From IMG/VR virus record IMGVR_UViG_3300020044_003924, positions 1 to 36,266 of that record: a stretch of DNA of 36,266 nt; one strand, written 5' to 3'. Positions 17,294 through 26,479 of this stretch are shown here, piece by piece. The position numbers were made by a program, and so were the translations under genes. How positions within the stretch are numbered: the first letter of the stretch is position 1; each line of letters starts with the position of its first letter. Origin of the DNA: a virus (Duplodnaviria > Caudoviricetes). The notes below the pieces were generated by a model. It saw nothing but the letters and a program-made list of their open reading frames with translations, was not told where the DNA came from and made no database searches.

Positions 17294-18678
17294 TATCGGA
17301 GCCTGATTGGTGCCGTTGAAGTCTTTTTCTTTGTTGTCGTAGCAGCAGGTGGTGGCACAACAGGTGTCGCAACAGCAGGCTTAGGTGTGATAGGTGCAGC
17401 AGGGGTAGATGCAGCAGGTTTCTTGGGTTTTGCAGGTGCAGCAGGTTTTTCTTCCTTAGGCAAAACACCATAATCCGCTGTAGTCTTAGCAGCCATCTCA
17501 TCAGCCTTGCTAATAATGTCTGCAATTGTTTGGTCAACATCAGATTCTGAACTAGTACGCTCTGCGGCAATTTTAGCCAAAGCATCAGCAAACTGTTGGT
17601 CAATACCAGATTTAACTTCAGCCCTACGACCACCCAACTGTTGCAAAGCAGCCATAGTTCCCATCTGAGCAGCGTTCTGAACAGCAGAACCATAGTTCTG
17701 TTGACCAACATTTAACTGTTCATTAGCCCACTTTTCCAAAGCAGATGTTTGTGCTGCGGTCTGCCTAGCATAATCCGTAGCAGCACCAACCTCGGCAGTA
17801 CCAGCACCCTGAGATTGCAAAGCAGCCAGCAAAGGATTATCTGCAACATTAAAAGTACTTACAGGTGCACCCTGATAAGCGGTACTAGGTTTAAACTGTT
17901 CTTCAAATTTTGTTTGCGCTTTGCCAACCTGTTGTTCAGCCAAATCAAAAGCATCAGAAGCATTTTGCAAAACAACAGCCAAATCCTCTTTGGATTTTGT
18001 TTCCATAGGGTCATACAACTCTGCTACACGCTTCAACATTTCTGCTTTGCGTGTAACTGCTTGTTCACGCAAAAATGCTTCGCCTTGACGACCACCCTTA
18101 ACTTTGCGAACTCTTTCCTGTTCTTCTTTTTTTGCTTTAGCGGCTGCGGTAGCAGCAGCGGAACTAGCACCAGCCTGTGCTTTCGCAGCAGTATCAAAAC
18201 GCTTTTGCTGATTTTCAATTTGCGTAGTTCTAGCCGTCCACCAACTACTAGGAGGTTCTTCACCAAATGTTTGACGATAAACAGCAGCCTCATCATAAAC
18301 AGCCTGCCACATAGAATCAATAGCATCTTGACCAGTAAGAGGAATTTGTTCTTCCAAAGCGGCATCTGCGCTCGGGTCACGACCAATCCACTCACGACCA
18401 GTTTTTCGTGGTTCAGCCAAAGACATTTCACCAGAACTACCTTGAGCAGTCCCATAAGGTGTAGAACTAGTAGCAGTCTTAGTATTATAAGCCTTTCGTG
18501 CCGCAACAGATTGTCTGTCTGCGCCATACAAAACTTGCTCAGGGGACAAACCAAACTGTGAAGCAGTTTGGCGCAAAACCCCATCCTTTTTCTGTTCAGG
18601 GGTCAAAGGGGGATTGCCATTAGCACCAGCAGAAGTTTGTTCCCATTTGTTTGTGACTGTATTTAATCTGAAACTCAT
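17293..18678 (-). CDS. Putative internal virion/ejection protein with Pro/Ala/Lys tail
   Basis: AGGAG SD; Ala/Gln-rich helical; synteny. Confidence 0.65.
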   Translation of the reverse strand: MSFRLNTVTNKWEQTSAGANGNPPLTPEQKKDGVLRQTASQFGLSPEQVLYGADRQSVAARKAYNTKTATSSTPYGTAQGSSGEMSLAEPRKTGREWIGRDPSADAALEEQIPLTGQDAIDSMWQAVYDEAAVYRQTFGEEPPSSWWTARTTQIENQQKRFDTAAKAQAGASSAAATAAAKAKKEEQERVRKVKGGRQGEAFLREQAVTRKAEMLKRVAELYDPMETKSKEDLAVVLQNASDAFDLAEQQVGKAQTKFEEQFKPSTAYQGAPVSTFNVADNPLLAALQSQGAGTAEVGAATDYARQTAAQTSALEKWANEQLNVGQQNYGSAVQNAAQMGTMAALQQLGGRRAEVKSGIDQQFADALAKIAAERTSSESDVDQTIADIISKADEMAAKTTADYGVLPKEEKPAAPAKPKKPAASTPAAPITPKPAVATPVVPPPAATTTKKKTSTAPIRLR

Positions 18679-18686
18679 AACAACTC

Positions 18687-19124
18687 CTAGTAGGCTGCGT
18701 ACTGCTTCAAAGCAGTAGCAGCATTAATAACATTCTGTTTCTTCTGTAACTGTAACTGTGCCAAATAATCCTCAAGGTCAGCCTGCGCATTAGCCTCCTG
18801 CGAAACAGCCAAATTAGCCTCATCCTGCAACTGTTGAGTAGTCTCACCCAAACGGTCCTGCATATCGGCAGCATAACGACTCAAACCAGCACGCTGAATA
18901 CCAGACTGCACATTAGGACCAGCCAACCCACGACTACCATACTCAGCCATCTTAGGACGAAAACCCTCGGTCAACTGCTGAGTCAGTTTAGACAGTGACC
19001 TTTGTCCACGCATCTGCCCCAACTGGGCAGATTGACGGTTCGCAATAGACTGGGTTGCACGCTTTTTGCGTGCTGTAGCCTCAGCCATACCATAATCCCC
19101 ATAATATGCGTCCATCATACTCAT
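18687..19124 (-). CDS. Putative small internal virion protein
   Basis: Gln/Ala-rich; SRGL...SGI motif; synteny. Confidence 0.65.
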   Translation of the reverse strand: MSMMDAYYGDYGMAEATARKKRATQSIANRQSAQLGQMRGQRSLSKLTQQLTEGFRPKMAEYGSRGLAGPNVQSGIQRAGLSRYAADMQDRLGETTQQLQDEANLAVSQEANAQADLEDYLAQLQLQKKQNVINAATALKQYAAY

Positions 19125-19129
19125 CACTA

Positions 19130-19276
19130 TTACCTGTTTTGTTCCTTAATCATAGACTTCAAATCCTGAATTTCCTTAGACATCTTCTCCAGTTCAGACT
19201 GCAACGACCTGAAGATGCCCTGTAAGGCATCCTTATCGCTGCTGTTTAGCACGGACAAAAAGGGTGGGTTCCACAT
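19130..19276 (-). CDS. Small coiled-coil protein (48 aa)
   Basis: Not in ORF track; MWNPPFLSVLNSSDKDALQGIFRSLQSELEKMSKEIQDLKSMIKEQNR fills the gap. Confidence 0.7.
   Translation of the reverse strand: MWNPPFLSVLNSSDKDALQGIFRSLQSELEKMSKEIQDLKSMIKEQNR
19141..19148 (-). promoter_or_regulatory. Late motif variant TAAGGAAC
   Basis: 16 nt before ATG 19124; one mismatch, lies inside a coding frame. Confidence 0.55.
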
Positions 19277-19278
19277 AG

Positions 19279-19509
19279 TTAGCCAAAAATCTGTGAACCC
19301 AGAACAATGTCGGCGTTGTCCCCAGCCGTTGTTAAACTTGTGATAGCGGCAGCAGCCAATTTGGCGTATGTAATAGCCCCGTCATCAATGTTGGTTCCAG
19401 CCGCAACCGCTTCAGCAAAAACTTTAACAGCGTTAAAGTTTGCGTTGACCTCAGTTGCAATAGCAGGTGTTCCGTTTGTAAATGTATTTGGTATGCTTAA
19501 GGTAGCCAT
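19279..19509 (-). CDS. Short tail-associated protein (fibre N-terminal-like)
   Basis: NTFTNGT.A.ATEVNANF and IDDGAITYAKL motifs. Confidence 0.7.
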   Translation of the reverse strand: MATLSIPNTFTNGTPAIATEVNANFNAVKVFAEAVAAGTNIDDGAITYAKLAAAAITSLTTAGDNADIVLGSQIFG

Positions 19510-19510
19510 G

Positions 19511-21124
19511 TTAACCCTTTACTCGTCTTGAATTATATTTATATCCGATACTATTGATACCCCATTTTTGGCTAGAAGGACCAATAAACTCTAGTTGAAC
19601 TGTTCTAGCCAGTCCCAAGTTTCTACCAGTTTTAACTGTAGAACTAATAGCACCACTAGACCAGTTCTCTCCCCACAAACCAGAACCCCATGTCAAAGAA
19701 TCGCTATTAGGTGTTTGTACTATAGTGAAAATTTTTCGCTCATTACCAGCACCTTCAGTAAAGTCGTGATAAACTTTTACTGTAATGTTTTGGCTAATGT
19801 CTGCTTCTTTAACAACAAAGTCTGGGCGGCGAAACATTTTCTTCTGCATATAAGAACCACCATCAAACCAGCGTGTCTTATAATAAGAAGTAAATGCTGC
19901 TTCTGTTCCGCTAATGTTATCTGATTCCTCAGAATACAAATCAACTTTAAGAACATAAGCCTGTGCAGGATGAATCATCAAACGGTAATCGTTGTTGCTA
20001 GAATCTGTCCAGTCACAACCACCCACCAAACCATATCCGTCAGCAGTTTTAAACTGTGTGTAAACACCATCACGGATACTGGGGTCCAAAACAAAATTTA
20101 CCGTAGGAGTAGTAGCAGCACTCTCTACCGAGTAAGGTACAGAAACCCATACACGCCGACCAACCCAAGACACACTAATGGATTCATGTTCAGCAGGGTT
20201 AATCTGATTCAAGTCAATAGCAGTACGCAAGTTGCTAAACATGTCAACAATGCTAGAACCGTTATAGTAAAACAGTCCTTGGTTGTGGCTAAAGAAATAG
20301 ACACCATCTTCTGACTGTGCAATAGCATGATGGCTGAGACAACCGAGACGGGTTGTTAATTCAACAACCTGAAAAGTATCTGCGTCATAACCCATAATAG
20401 CGTAAACAGCACTAGGCTTAAAAACAATTAACTGTCCAGCAACAACAGCCATACCAGTAATACCGTTACCACCACCAGCGACCTCAATGTAGTCGTTCTC
20501 GCCCCAGTTTTCGGGAGAGTTTTCCAACGACCAACGAATCCTGTTGGGGTAAGCAATGCTTACTTCTGTTGTGTTAGCAGCCCACATTTTGCTGGCATGA
20601 ACAATCAGATGCTCAGCCGTAGGCATTTTGCGTTCAGCACTAGTAGGTGTTGTTTGCCAAGCGTGAGGGGCAGTACCAGATGCTGTCAACGCTGTAGCAT
20701 AAGTGTCAGTGGTTTTCCACACATAACCACCGCTACCAGCAGAACCAGTAGCAAAATACATGCTGTTAGCCCACTGTGCCATACATACACCATGAGCACT
20801 AGCAGAAACAATATCGTTACCAGCAGAATACTGTAAAGTGGTAAAGTTGCCGCCAGTGGAACGATATACTTTGGTGCTGTTAGCCAACATAACTGTTGGC
20901 GTGGCACCACCACTAAATGAATACAGTTTTTGTGGTGACCAAGTACCAGCAACTGCTGTGGTGTTCAACCTATGTTGACCACCACGACTGAAGACACCAC
21001 CTCGTGGGTCAATTTCAACATTCAACATGTCAGGAGACTCGTAACTAGCCAACTGAAACTGGTCAGCACGAAAGTTTAGACCACCAGTAAAATCAGAAAC
21101 TTCACTAATTTGAATCTGACTCAT
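19511..21124 (-). CDS. Tail tubular protein B / stabilization (nozzle) protein
   Basis: DFTGGLN start, NRIRWS..ENW, ITGM....QLIVFK, GC.S..AI; beta-rich; synteny. Confidence 0.8.
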   Translation of the reverse strand: MSQIQISEVSDFTGGLNFRADQFQLASYESPDMLNVEIDPRGGVFSRGGQHRLNTTAVAGTWSPQKLYSFSGGATPTVMLANSTKVYRSTGGNFTTLQYSAGNDIVSASAHGVCMAQWANSMYFATGSAGSGGYVWKTTDTYATALTASGTAPHAWQTTPTSAERKMPTAEHLIVHASKMWAANTTEVSIAYPNRIRWSLENSPENWGENDYIEVAGGGNGITGMAVVAGQLIVFKPSAVYAIMGYDADTFQVVELTTRLGCLSHHAIAQSEDGVYFFSHNQGLFYYNGSSIVDMFSNLRTAIDLNQINPAEHESISVSWVGRRVWVSVPYSVESAATTPTVNFVLDPSIRDGVYTQFKTADGYGLVGGCDWTDSSNNDYRLMIHPAQAYVLKVDLYSEESDNISGTEAAFTSYYKTRWFDGGSYMQKKMFRRPDFVVKEADISQNITVKVYHDFTEGAGNERKIFTIVQTPNSDSLTWGSGLWGENWSSGAISSTVKTGRNLGLARTVQLEFIGPSSQKWGINSIGYKYNSRRVKG

Positions 21125-21840
21125 TACTGATTGGCTTTAAGATTTTTGCCCATTGTTTGCATCCAACCGTTAAAGGTTGGACGACCAGATGTTTGTCCAG
21201 CACTTAAACGCAAATGGGCATGACTATTAGGTTTATTGATATTAGTAGCAGCCAAAGTAACAGCCTCATCAAAAGCACGCTTATACTCACCAGACATCAA
21301 AGTATCTTCAAGACGCTGATAAACACGGCTACAAGCATAATACACTAAAGCAAAATGCAAGTTAGGACTTGCATCCACATTACCCTCAGAAGTAATCCAA
21401 TCAATAGGCTCACGATAAGCACGGACAACAAGAGTACGCACATTGTTCGGCTTAGGAAACAAATGTACTTTGCCTTCCCAAATAGAATAAAACAACGGGT
21501 CACCAGAAGTGTCATAAGAACCAATATAGGTTTGCTCAGCCATATCGTGACCAACCATATCTAGGCGGTAACCAACATTGTTGTTATCCACAATAGACAC
21601 AACCTGACCAATAGGGTCAGCAGTAAAAGCACTAATAGTATAGGCACGCTGCTCAGCAACAGTGTTAAAAGTAAAAGTCTTTTCCAAAAAAGACCAACGC
21701 TTCTGTAAGTCCAGAATACGGTAGTATCCGTCACGCAGATACAGGTTTAGTAACGAATCTGGTAGGTCCTCAGCGTCAAGGTCGGTAATATCCCGAACAG
21801 TTTGCCTTAGGGCAGCAGCAGTCATCTGGGCATAAGCCAT
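21124..21840 (-). CDS. Head-tail adaptor (tail tubular protein A-like)
   Basis: LR..VR..TD, WSFLE, LFPKP, H.ALVYYA; precedes nozzle gene. Confidence 0.8.
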   Translation of the reverse strand: MAYAQMTAAALRQTVRDITDLDAEDLPDSLLNLYLRDGYYRILDLQKRWSFLEKTFTFNTVAEQRAYTISAFTADPIGQVVSIVDNNNVGYRLDMVGHDMAEQTYIGSYDTSGDPLFYSIWEGKVHLFPKPNNVRTLVVRAYREPIDWITSEGNVDASPNLHFALVYYACSRVYQRLEDTLMSGEYKRAFDEAVTLAATNINKPNSHAHLRLSAGQTSGRPTFNGWMQTMGKNLKANQ

Positions 21841-22088
21841 TATGCGCCATCCTCAATCTTAGTAGCCACCTCAGCCAACGCCTTAGCCTGCTTCAAATGA
21901 CCTGCACAGAACTGCTGTCCACGCACCTTGTTAGCACCGCAGGTGTCATCGTTGCCCGTACATTTGTCGCCCCGACCAATGTACGGTCCACTTGGGGCAG
22001 CAATACGGGACTCGGCAACCGCTGATAGGCGGTAGCCAGTCTGAGGAGTGCCATAATAGGCATGGGCATGGACACTGTTGTTACTCAT
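21840..22088 (-). CDS. Small Cys/His protein (C-x6-C-x10-C-x2-H)
   Basis: CTGNDDTCGANKVRGQQFCAGH; start 22091 or 22088. Confidence 0.7.
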   Translation of the reverse strand: MSNNSVHAHAYYGTPQTGYRLSAVAESRIAAPSGPYIGRGDKCTGNDDTCGANKVRGQQFCAGHLKQAKALAEVATKIEDGA

Positions 22089-22103
22089 CATATAACCCTG
22101 AAT

Positions 22104-22111
22104 GTTCCCTA
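22104..22111 (-). promoter_or_regulatory. Late motif TAGGGAAC
   Basis: Intergenic; 15 nt before ATG 22088. Confidence 0.7.
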
Positions 22112-22711
22112 CTAGGGCAAGCGGTTTAAGATATCTATGTAAGCCTTAGTTGAACCTTTTACAGCAGCATTTTTTAACGGTTTAACAACTTTGCCAAGAC
22201 CACCAGTACCATAAGTTGCAGCCAACCAAGCAAGGTCACCCTTAGAACCCTTACCCTTAAAAATGTTTTCCAACTCAGGCAACGCAGCAAACTGACCTAC
22301 ACCAGACTGGTTGATAGCACCAAAAACATCACCCTGTTTTAAACGGTCCCGTGCAGGCTGACCAACAGTATAGGCATCAGCAGTCATAGCAATACTACCC
22401 AAAGGATTTTTCCTAAGGGCATTAACATCCTGTTTAATTCCACCAACAACAGCACCACCTAAAGCCTGCATAAGATTGTAGAACTTGGCACTAGCCTTGT
22501 CCAACATATCCATTTTGGGTTGATTTGCTTTAGCATTATAAGCGGCACGCTGGTCTGCTGTTAGGTCTTTGGCGTACTGTTGTAAGCCTTTCATGCCAGT
22601 GGAACCGTCACCATATTCCATGAGTGCACTAGGGAGAATCTGTTGGATGCTCCATGGGTCCACAGGCGCAGGTGGGCTTTTAGCCATGGGTTTTTTAAAC
22701 CGTGGAGCCAT
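22112..22711 (-). CDS. Basic Gly/Ala/Lys-rich hypothetical protein
   Basis: Intact ORF in the late operon. Confidence 0.75.
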   Translation of the reverse strand: MAPRFKKPMAKSPPAPVDPWSIQQILPSALMEYGDGSTGMKGLQQYAKDLTADQRAAYNAKANQPKMDMLDKASAKFYNLMQALGGAVVGGIKQDVNALRKNPLGSIAMTADAYTVGQPARDRLKQGDVFGAINQSGVGQFAALPELENIFKGKGSKGDLAWLAATYGTGGLGKVVKPLKNAAVKGSTKAYIDILNRLP

Positions 22712-22714
22712 AAA

Positions 22715-23872
22715 TTACTTTCGTGGTTCTTTAGAAGAAAACTGCCTACGCAAACCCTCAGGACTTGGCTTAACCTTCTTGGCACGAACCGCAGACCTTC
22801 TAATGTCTCGTTCACCCAAACTAGCCAACTTATCTTTGGCTTCCTTGTCGGTCATACCACGACCAGAAATTTTAACATCCTTAACTTTTTTCCACTTTTT
22901 GTTTTCGGAAGCCAAAAACTTTTTGTATTGAGCAGGACTCATCTTGGCAACCTTAGGGTCAATAACAGACTTACGAGAATTAGCAGCCTGCGCCCGTTCC
23001 AAAGCGACTTCAGATTTGGTTTTAACAAAAGGCTTATCAACTTTTTTGCGTGGACCCCTAGCGGTACCCATTTTGGAGTCAGCCTTCTTAATAAGTTTAT
23101 CTTGCTGCTGCTTCTCATACAAGGCAGTCAAACGCTTTTGTTCAGCCTTGTTTTGTGCAGTCATATAATCAGGTTTTTTACCAGTAATAATTTTACCAGT
23201 TTTAATTTCTTGCGCACGGGCACGCCTAGCACCCATGTCAACCATTTCTTTAGTGGTTTTTCCACCAGTTTGACCAACAACCTGCTTCAAACGCTTAGTG
23301 CCCCACTCACCAGCCTTTCGGGCATCTTCCAAAACACCCTTAATTATTTGCTTTTTATCAGAAAGTTTAAGTTCGTAACCTTCTTTTTTGGCGTACTCAT
23401 CCAACTTATTAATTTGTTTCCTAAGAGCATCTTTGCGCCCTTGTGAACCTCTAACAGATATGCGTTCGCTTTGGTCAATAGTGCGACTAATCTTGTCAAC
23501 TTCTTTTTCAAACCAAGCCTTGGCTTTTTGATTCTTTAAGTTTGTACGATAACCGTAAGCCTCATCAGCCTTACGGTTTCCACGAGCAACACCCTTAGCC
23601 CTGTTGGCTTCTTGTCTTGCTTTCTTTTTTGCTGGTGCCTCGGCTGCACGCTCGGCAATTAACTTTTCTTGCGTAGCCCTGTTTCTGGCACTATTGGCTG
23701 CTTTACGCTCAGCCCTAGATAATGTTTTAGCGGGGACAGATGCAGCCGCTTTTGCGGGTGCTTTACGAACAACAGATTTGGTTGTTGATTTAACTGCTGC
23801 CGCAGGTTTTACACCAAGCCGTGCTAGTACGGCTTTAACAATATCGTCTGCTGAACCGCCACCCTTAGCCAT
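22715..23872 (-). CDS. Very basic Lys/Ala/Arg-rich protein (385 aa)
   Basis: Composition; shares motifs with 24312-24794. Confidence 0.8.
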   Translation of the reverse strand: MAKGGGSADDIVKAVLARLGVKPAAAVKSTTKSVVRKAPAKAAASVPAKTLSRAERKAANSARNRATQEKLIAERAAEAPAKKKARQEANRAKGVARGNRKADEAYGYRTNLKNQKAKAWFEKEVDKISRTIDQSERISVRGSQGRKDALRKQINKLDEYAKKEGYELKLSDKKQIIKGVLEDARKAGEWGTKRLKQVVGQTGGKTTKEMVDMGARRARAQEIKTGKIITGKKPDYMTAQNKAEQKRLTALYEKQQQDKLIKKADSKMGTARGPRKKVDKPFVKTKSEVALERAQAANSRKSVIDPKVAKMSPAQYKKFLASENKKWKKVKDVKISGRGMTDKEAKDKLASLGERDIRRSAVRAKKVKPSPEGLRRQFSSKEPRK

Positions 23873-23874
23873 TA

Positions 23875-24312
23875 TTAGCCTTGCTTCTTTTTCTTTTGAC
23901 TAGGAGTTAAGCCCAATGCGTAAGATGATGGTGCTTTTTTAGATGGAGGATATGTTTTTCCTTGAGCGGTCTTTCGCTTTGAATCAGCAGAAGTTGACTT
24001 AACAGACTTCACTTTGTCCATAGCAATTGATTGTGCTTGCTTTGTTTTGCGTGAAGAATCAGCAATACGACTAGAAACACGCTTTGCCGTTGGAGAAAAC
24101 TTTGCCTTTTTAGCAGCACTAGGCGATACAGCCTTACGCAATGCTCCTACAACATTAAATGGGTCAACAGCAATTTTTGCAACACTCTTAACATAATCCA
24201 TATTTGATTTTTTGCGCTGCGAAGGACTACTTCCCATAATGCCAGTATTCATGCTTTGCTTTTTTGGCTTTGGTTTTGGGGATGGTGGAACTTGACTCAT
24301 GTACTTAGCCAT
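23875..24312 (-). CDS. Lys/Ser-rich basic protein
   Basis: Composition; TAATG coupling. Confidence 0.75.
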   Translation of the reverse strand: MAKYMSQVPPSPKPKPKKQSMNTGIMGSSPSQRKKSNMDYVKSVAKIAVDPFNVVGALRKAVSPSAAKKAKFSPTAKRVSSRIADSSRKTKQAQSIAMDKVKSVKSTSADSKRKTAQGKTYPPSKKAPSSYALGLTPSQKKKKQG

Positions 24313-24794
24313 TACTTGTTTCCTTTTTTCTTTTTATTATACTTCTCACGACCCTCCATACGGCGGGCAAGCATTTCATCTTGTTTCTTAGCCCAAGCAG
24401 CACTATTGGCAGCACTCTTCTCAGCCTTAGCAGCCCTAGCAGCAGCACTACTCTCAGCCAAATACTTATCACGCTCAGCCCAATGCTTAGCAACATTCAT
24501 CTCACGCCTCTCGGCACGAGTCATCTTAGACGCACCACCACTAGGCTTTTTTGGTCCCTTAGGTCCCTTAGGTTTTGGTGCTGACGCAGCAGGACCAGCC
24601 TTAGGTGGCTTAGGAGGTTTACGACCAGCACCACCAGCAGCAGTCTGACGAGTAATCTTAGGTGCTTTACGGACAACACTTTTGGTTTCAGCAGCCATAG
24701 CCTGCTTAATAGCCTTTTGGGAAACAGTTACACCGCTGCTCTTAAGAGCATCGGTAATTGCTTTCATCAAATCATCAACAGGAGGCTTAGCCAT
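24312..24794 (-). CDS. Lys/Ala/Pro-rich basic protein
   Basis: PKPKGPKGPKKP; TAATG coupling. Confidence 0.75.
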   Translation of the reverse strand: MAKPPVDDLMKAITDALKSSGVTVSQKAIKQAMAAETKSVVRKAPKITRQTAAGGAGRKPPKPPKAGPAASAPKPKGPKGPKKPSGGASKMTRAERREMNVAKHWAERDKYLAESSAAARAAKAEKSAANSAAWAKKQDEMLARRMEGREKYNKKKKGNK

Positions 24795-24952
24795 TATGAA
24801 CCGTACTCCATTTTACGCTCGGCTTTGCTTTCCTTGCGTTCATGCGCCTTACCAGAACTGTGCTTCTTCTTCTTAGGATAGTTAGATGTGTTTGTCCCCG
24901 CCTTCGGTTTAGCATCGGCATGGCTGGACAGAATCTTATATTTGACTGGCAT
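24794..24952 (-). CDS. Small basic protein (HERKESKAERKMEY)
   Basis: AGGAG SD before ATG 24952. Confidence 0.7.
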   Translation of the reverse strand: MPVKYKILSSHADAKPKAGTNTSNYPKKKKHSSGKAHERKESKAERKMEYGS

Positions 24953-24964
24953 GATACTCCTAGA

Positions 24965-24998
24965 TACAGAAATGGTGGGAGATTGCTCTCCCACCATT
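24965..24998 (-). terminator. Intrinsic terminator-like hairpin with GCAA tetraloop
   Basis: AATGGTGGGAGA-GCAA-TCTCCCACCATT, 12-bp perfect stem, then TCTGT. Confidence 0.75.
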
Positions 24999-25006
24999 AT
25001 CGGTTT

Positions 25007-25014
25007 GTTCCCTA
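25007..25014 (-). promoter_or_regulatory. Late motif TAGGGAAC
   Basis: Intergenic, just upstream of the hairpin. Confidence 0.65.
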
Positions 25015-25021
25015 ATGGGGA

Positions 25022-25441
25022 TTACTCTCGGTAGAACGAGACAGTGTTTGCTGCCGTGAACACACCAACAAATGTTGCCGAAGATGCTGCTGCAACTGAG
25101 AAGTTTGCGGCTACACCAACAAGCGTCACACCCGAAGCACCAGCGGTGACAACGATTGGGTGAGTTGCTGCGGCGACATTGACTACAGTAAACTCAAATG
25201 CTGTTCCTACTGCTTCGTCAGTGAAACCTGCACCAAGTTCCGCACCAGTTGGTGTGGTCAAGGTACGGGATGCTGTTGGGGTCATCGTGTAAATTACACG
25301 CTTTGCACCAATAAGGTCTGAAGTCAACATTGTGGTTGCTGCGTCAGTTGCTGCAACTACCGTTGTCTTCTCTTCCTTGGCTACCCAAGCGGCGAGTCGT
25401 GTACGGTCAATTGCACCATTGTCGTTTGATTTTAGTGGCAT
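25022..25441 (-). CDS. Putative capsid decoration/cement protein
   Basis: Ala/Thr/Val beta-rich, RTLTTPTG; directly after major capsid gene. Confidence 0.65.
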   Translation of the reverse strand: MPLKSNDNGAIDRTRLAAWVAKEEKTTVVAATDAATTMLTSDLIGAKRVIYTMTPTASRTLTTPTGAELGAGFTDEAVGTAFEFTVVNVAAATHPIVVTAGASGVTLVGVAANFSVAAASSATFVGVFTAANTVSFYRE

Positions 25442-25475
25442 TTTTTTTCCTTAATTTATAGTTTTGTTGTTATTA

Positions 25476-25500
25476 TAACAATGGGGGCTTACGCCCCCAT
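25476..25500 (-). terminator. Hairpin after major capsid gene with GTAA tetraloop
   Basis: ATGGGGGC-GTAA-GCCCCCAT then TGTTAT. Confidence 0.7.
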
Positions 25501-25511
25501 CATTGGTTTAA

Positions 25512-26450
25512 TTAAGCAGTCTTCGCAGTCAACTTGCCTTGCTTTGCAGCATTGCGACAAGTCAAGTTACCGTAACACATGATAAGTGCGTAACGAGCAT
25601 CCAAGTCTTCTGGTTGAACAAACTGTGTTTGTGCAAACCACTTGCTTGAGTGACCAACCAAGGTCAGGTACTTGCTGTTCAAGAAGTACACAACACCAGC
25701 GGTGCAATGCTCATCATAAACAACAGGAGCAGCCTTGAACAACAGGTTCTGGAAACCAGCATCTGCCGTCTTGGTGTCGGTGTAACGAAGTTGTGGCTGC
25801 AAAAGAGCCTCATACTTTTCAAACAGAGTCTGGGTCGTGAGAACCATGTCTGGGTGGTCGTTACCAACAGAAACGCTGTTGTAAGCGGTGGACAGTTGTG
25901 CGAGGGTCAATGCTGTTGCAGTGTTTTCCTCGTATGAACGCCAGTACTCGTTACCAGAAGTTGCACGGTTAATTCCGCCAACAGTTCCAGATGCTTCAAC
26001 GATATTTCCAAGACCGTTCCAGTCTTTTCCGCCGTTGCCGCTTCCGTCTGCGAAGAACATTTGGTTGAAACCTTCACGCATGGACTCTTCAGCCTGCATG
26101 ATTTTGGCTTCCAACAGGTTAATGATTTCCTGTTCGCCGTTGTTCTTGGCTTCTTCAATACCGCTGATTGCGATAGAAGCAGCATACTGCTTCCAATCGT
26201 ATTCAGCAGCGGTGATTCCGCCCTGTGAAGTCAAAGCAATGCTGTCGTAACCTGAGTACGAACCAACAGTTGAGTTCTGACCGTAAATGAGTGGTTCAAC
26301 AATCTTCGTACCGCCGTTAAGCATACGAATACGACCCTTATCCTGAAGGAAATAGGTCAACGGACGAGCCGTGAAAATGTTGTCCGTGAGTTGGTCACGA
26401 TAGTTTGCGAGCGTTGTTGACAACAACGCATCAAAGTTTGGGTTAGACAT
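25512..26450 (-). CDS. Major capsid protein
   Basis: STTL.NYR..L.DNIF, GG..IVEPL.Y, W.QY...I.ISG.E, YGNLTCRN; follows scaffold. Confidence 0.9.
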   Translation of the reverse strand: MSNPNFDALLSTTLANYRDQLTDNIFTARPLTYFLQDKGRIRMLNGGTKIVEPLIYGQNSTVGSYSGYDSIALTSQGGITAAEYDWKQYAASIAISGIEEAKNNGEQEIINLLEAKIMQAEESMREGFNQMFFADGSGNGGKDWNGLGNIVEASGTVGGINRATSGNEYWRSYEENTATALTLAQLSTAYNSVSVGNDHPDMVLTTQTLFEKYEALLQPQLRYTDTKTADAGFQNLLFKAAPVVYDEHCTAGVVYFLNSKYLTLVGHSSKWFAQTQFVQPEDLDARYALIMCYGNLTCRNAAKQGKLTAKTA

Positions 26451-26479
26451 TATAATCTCTTTTCAAATTGGTAGAATTG

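Noticed and set aside
17749-23446. Long antisense ORFs 17749-18561 and 22643-23446 and similar shadows
   Set aside because: They mirror low-complexity genes on the opposite strand, lack SDs and show no protein-like motifs.
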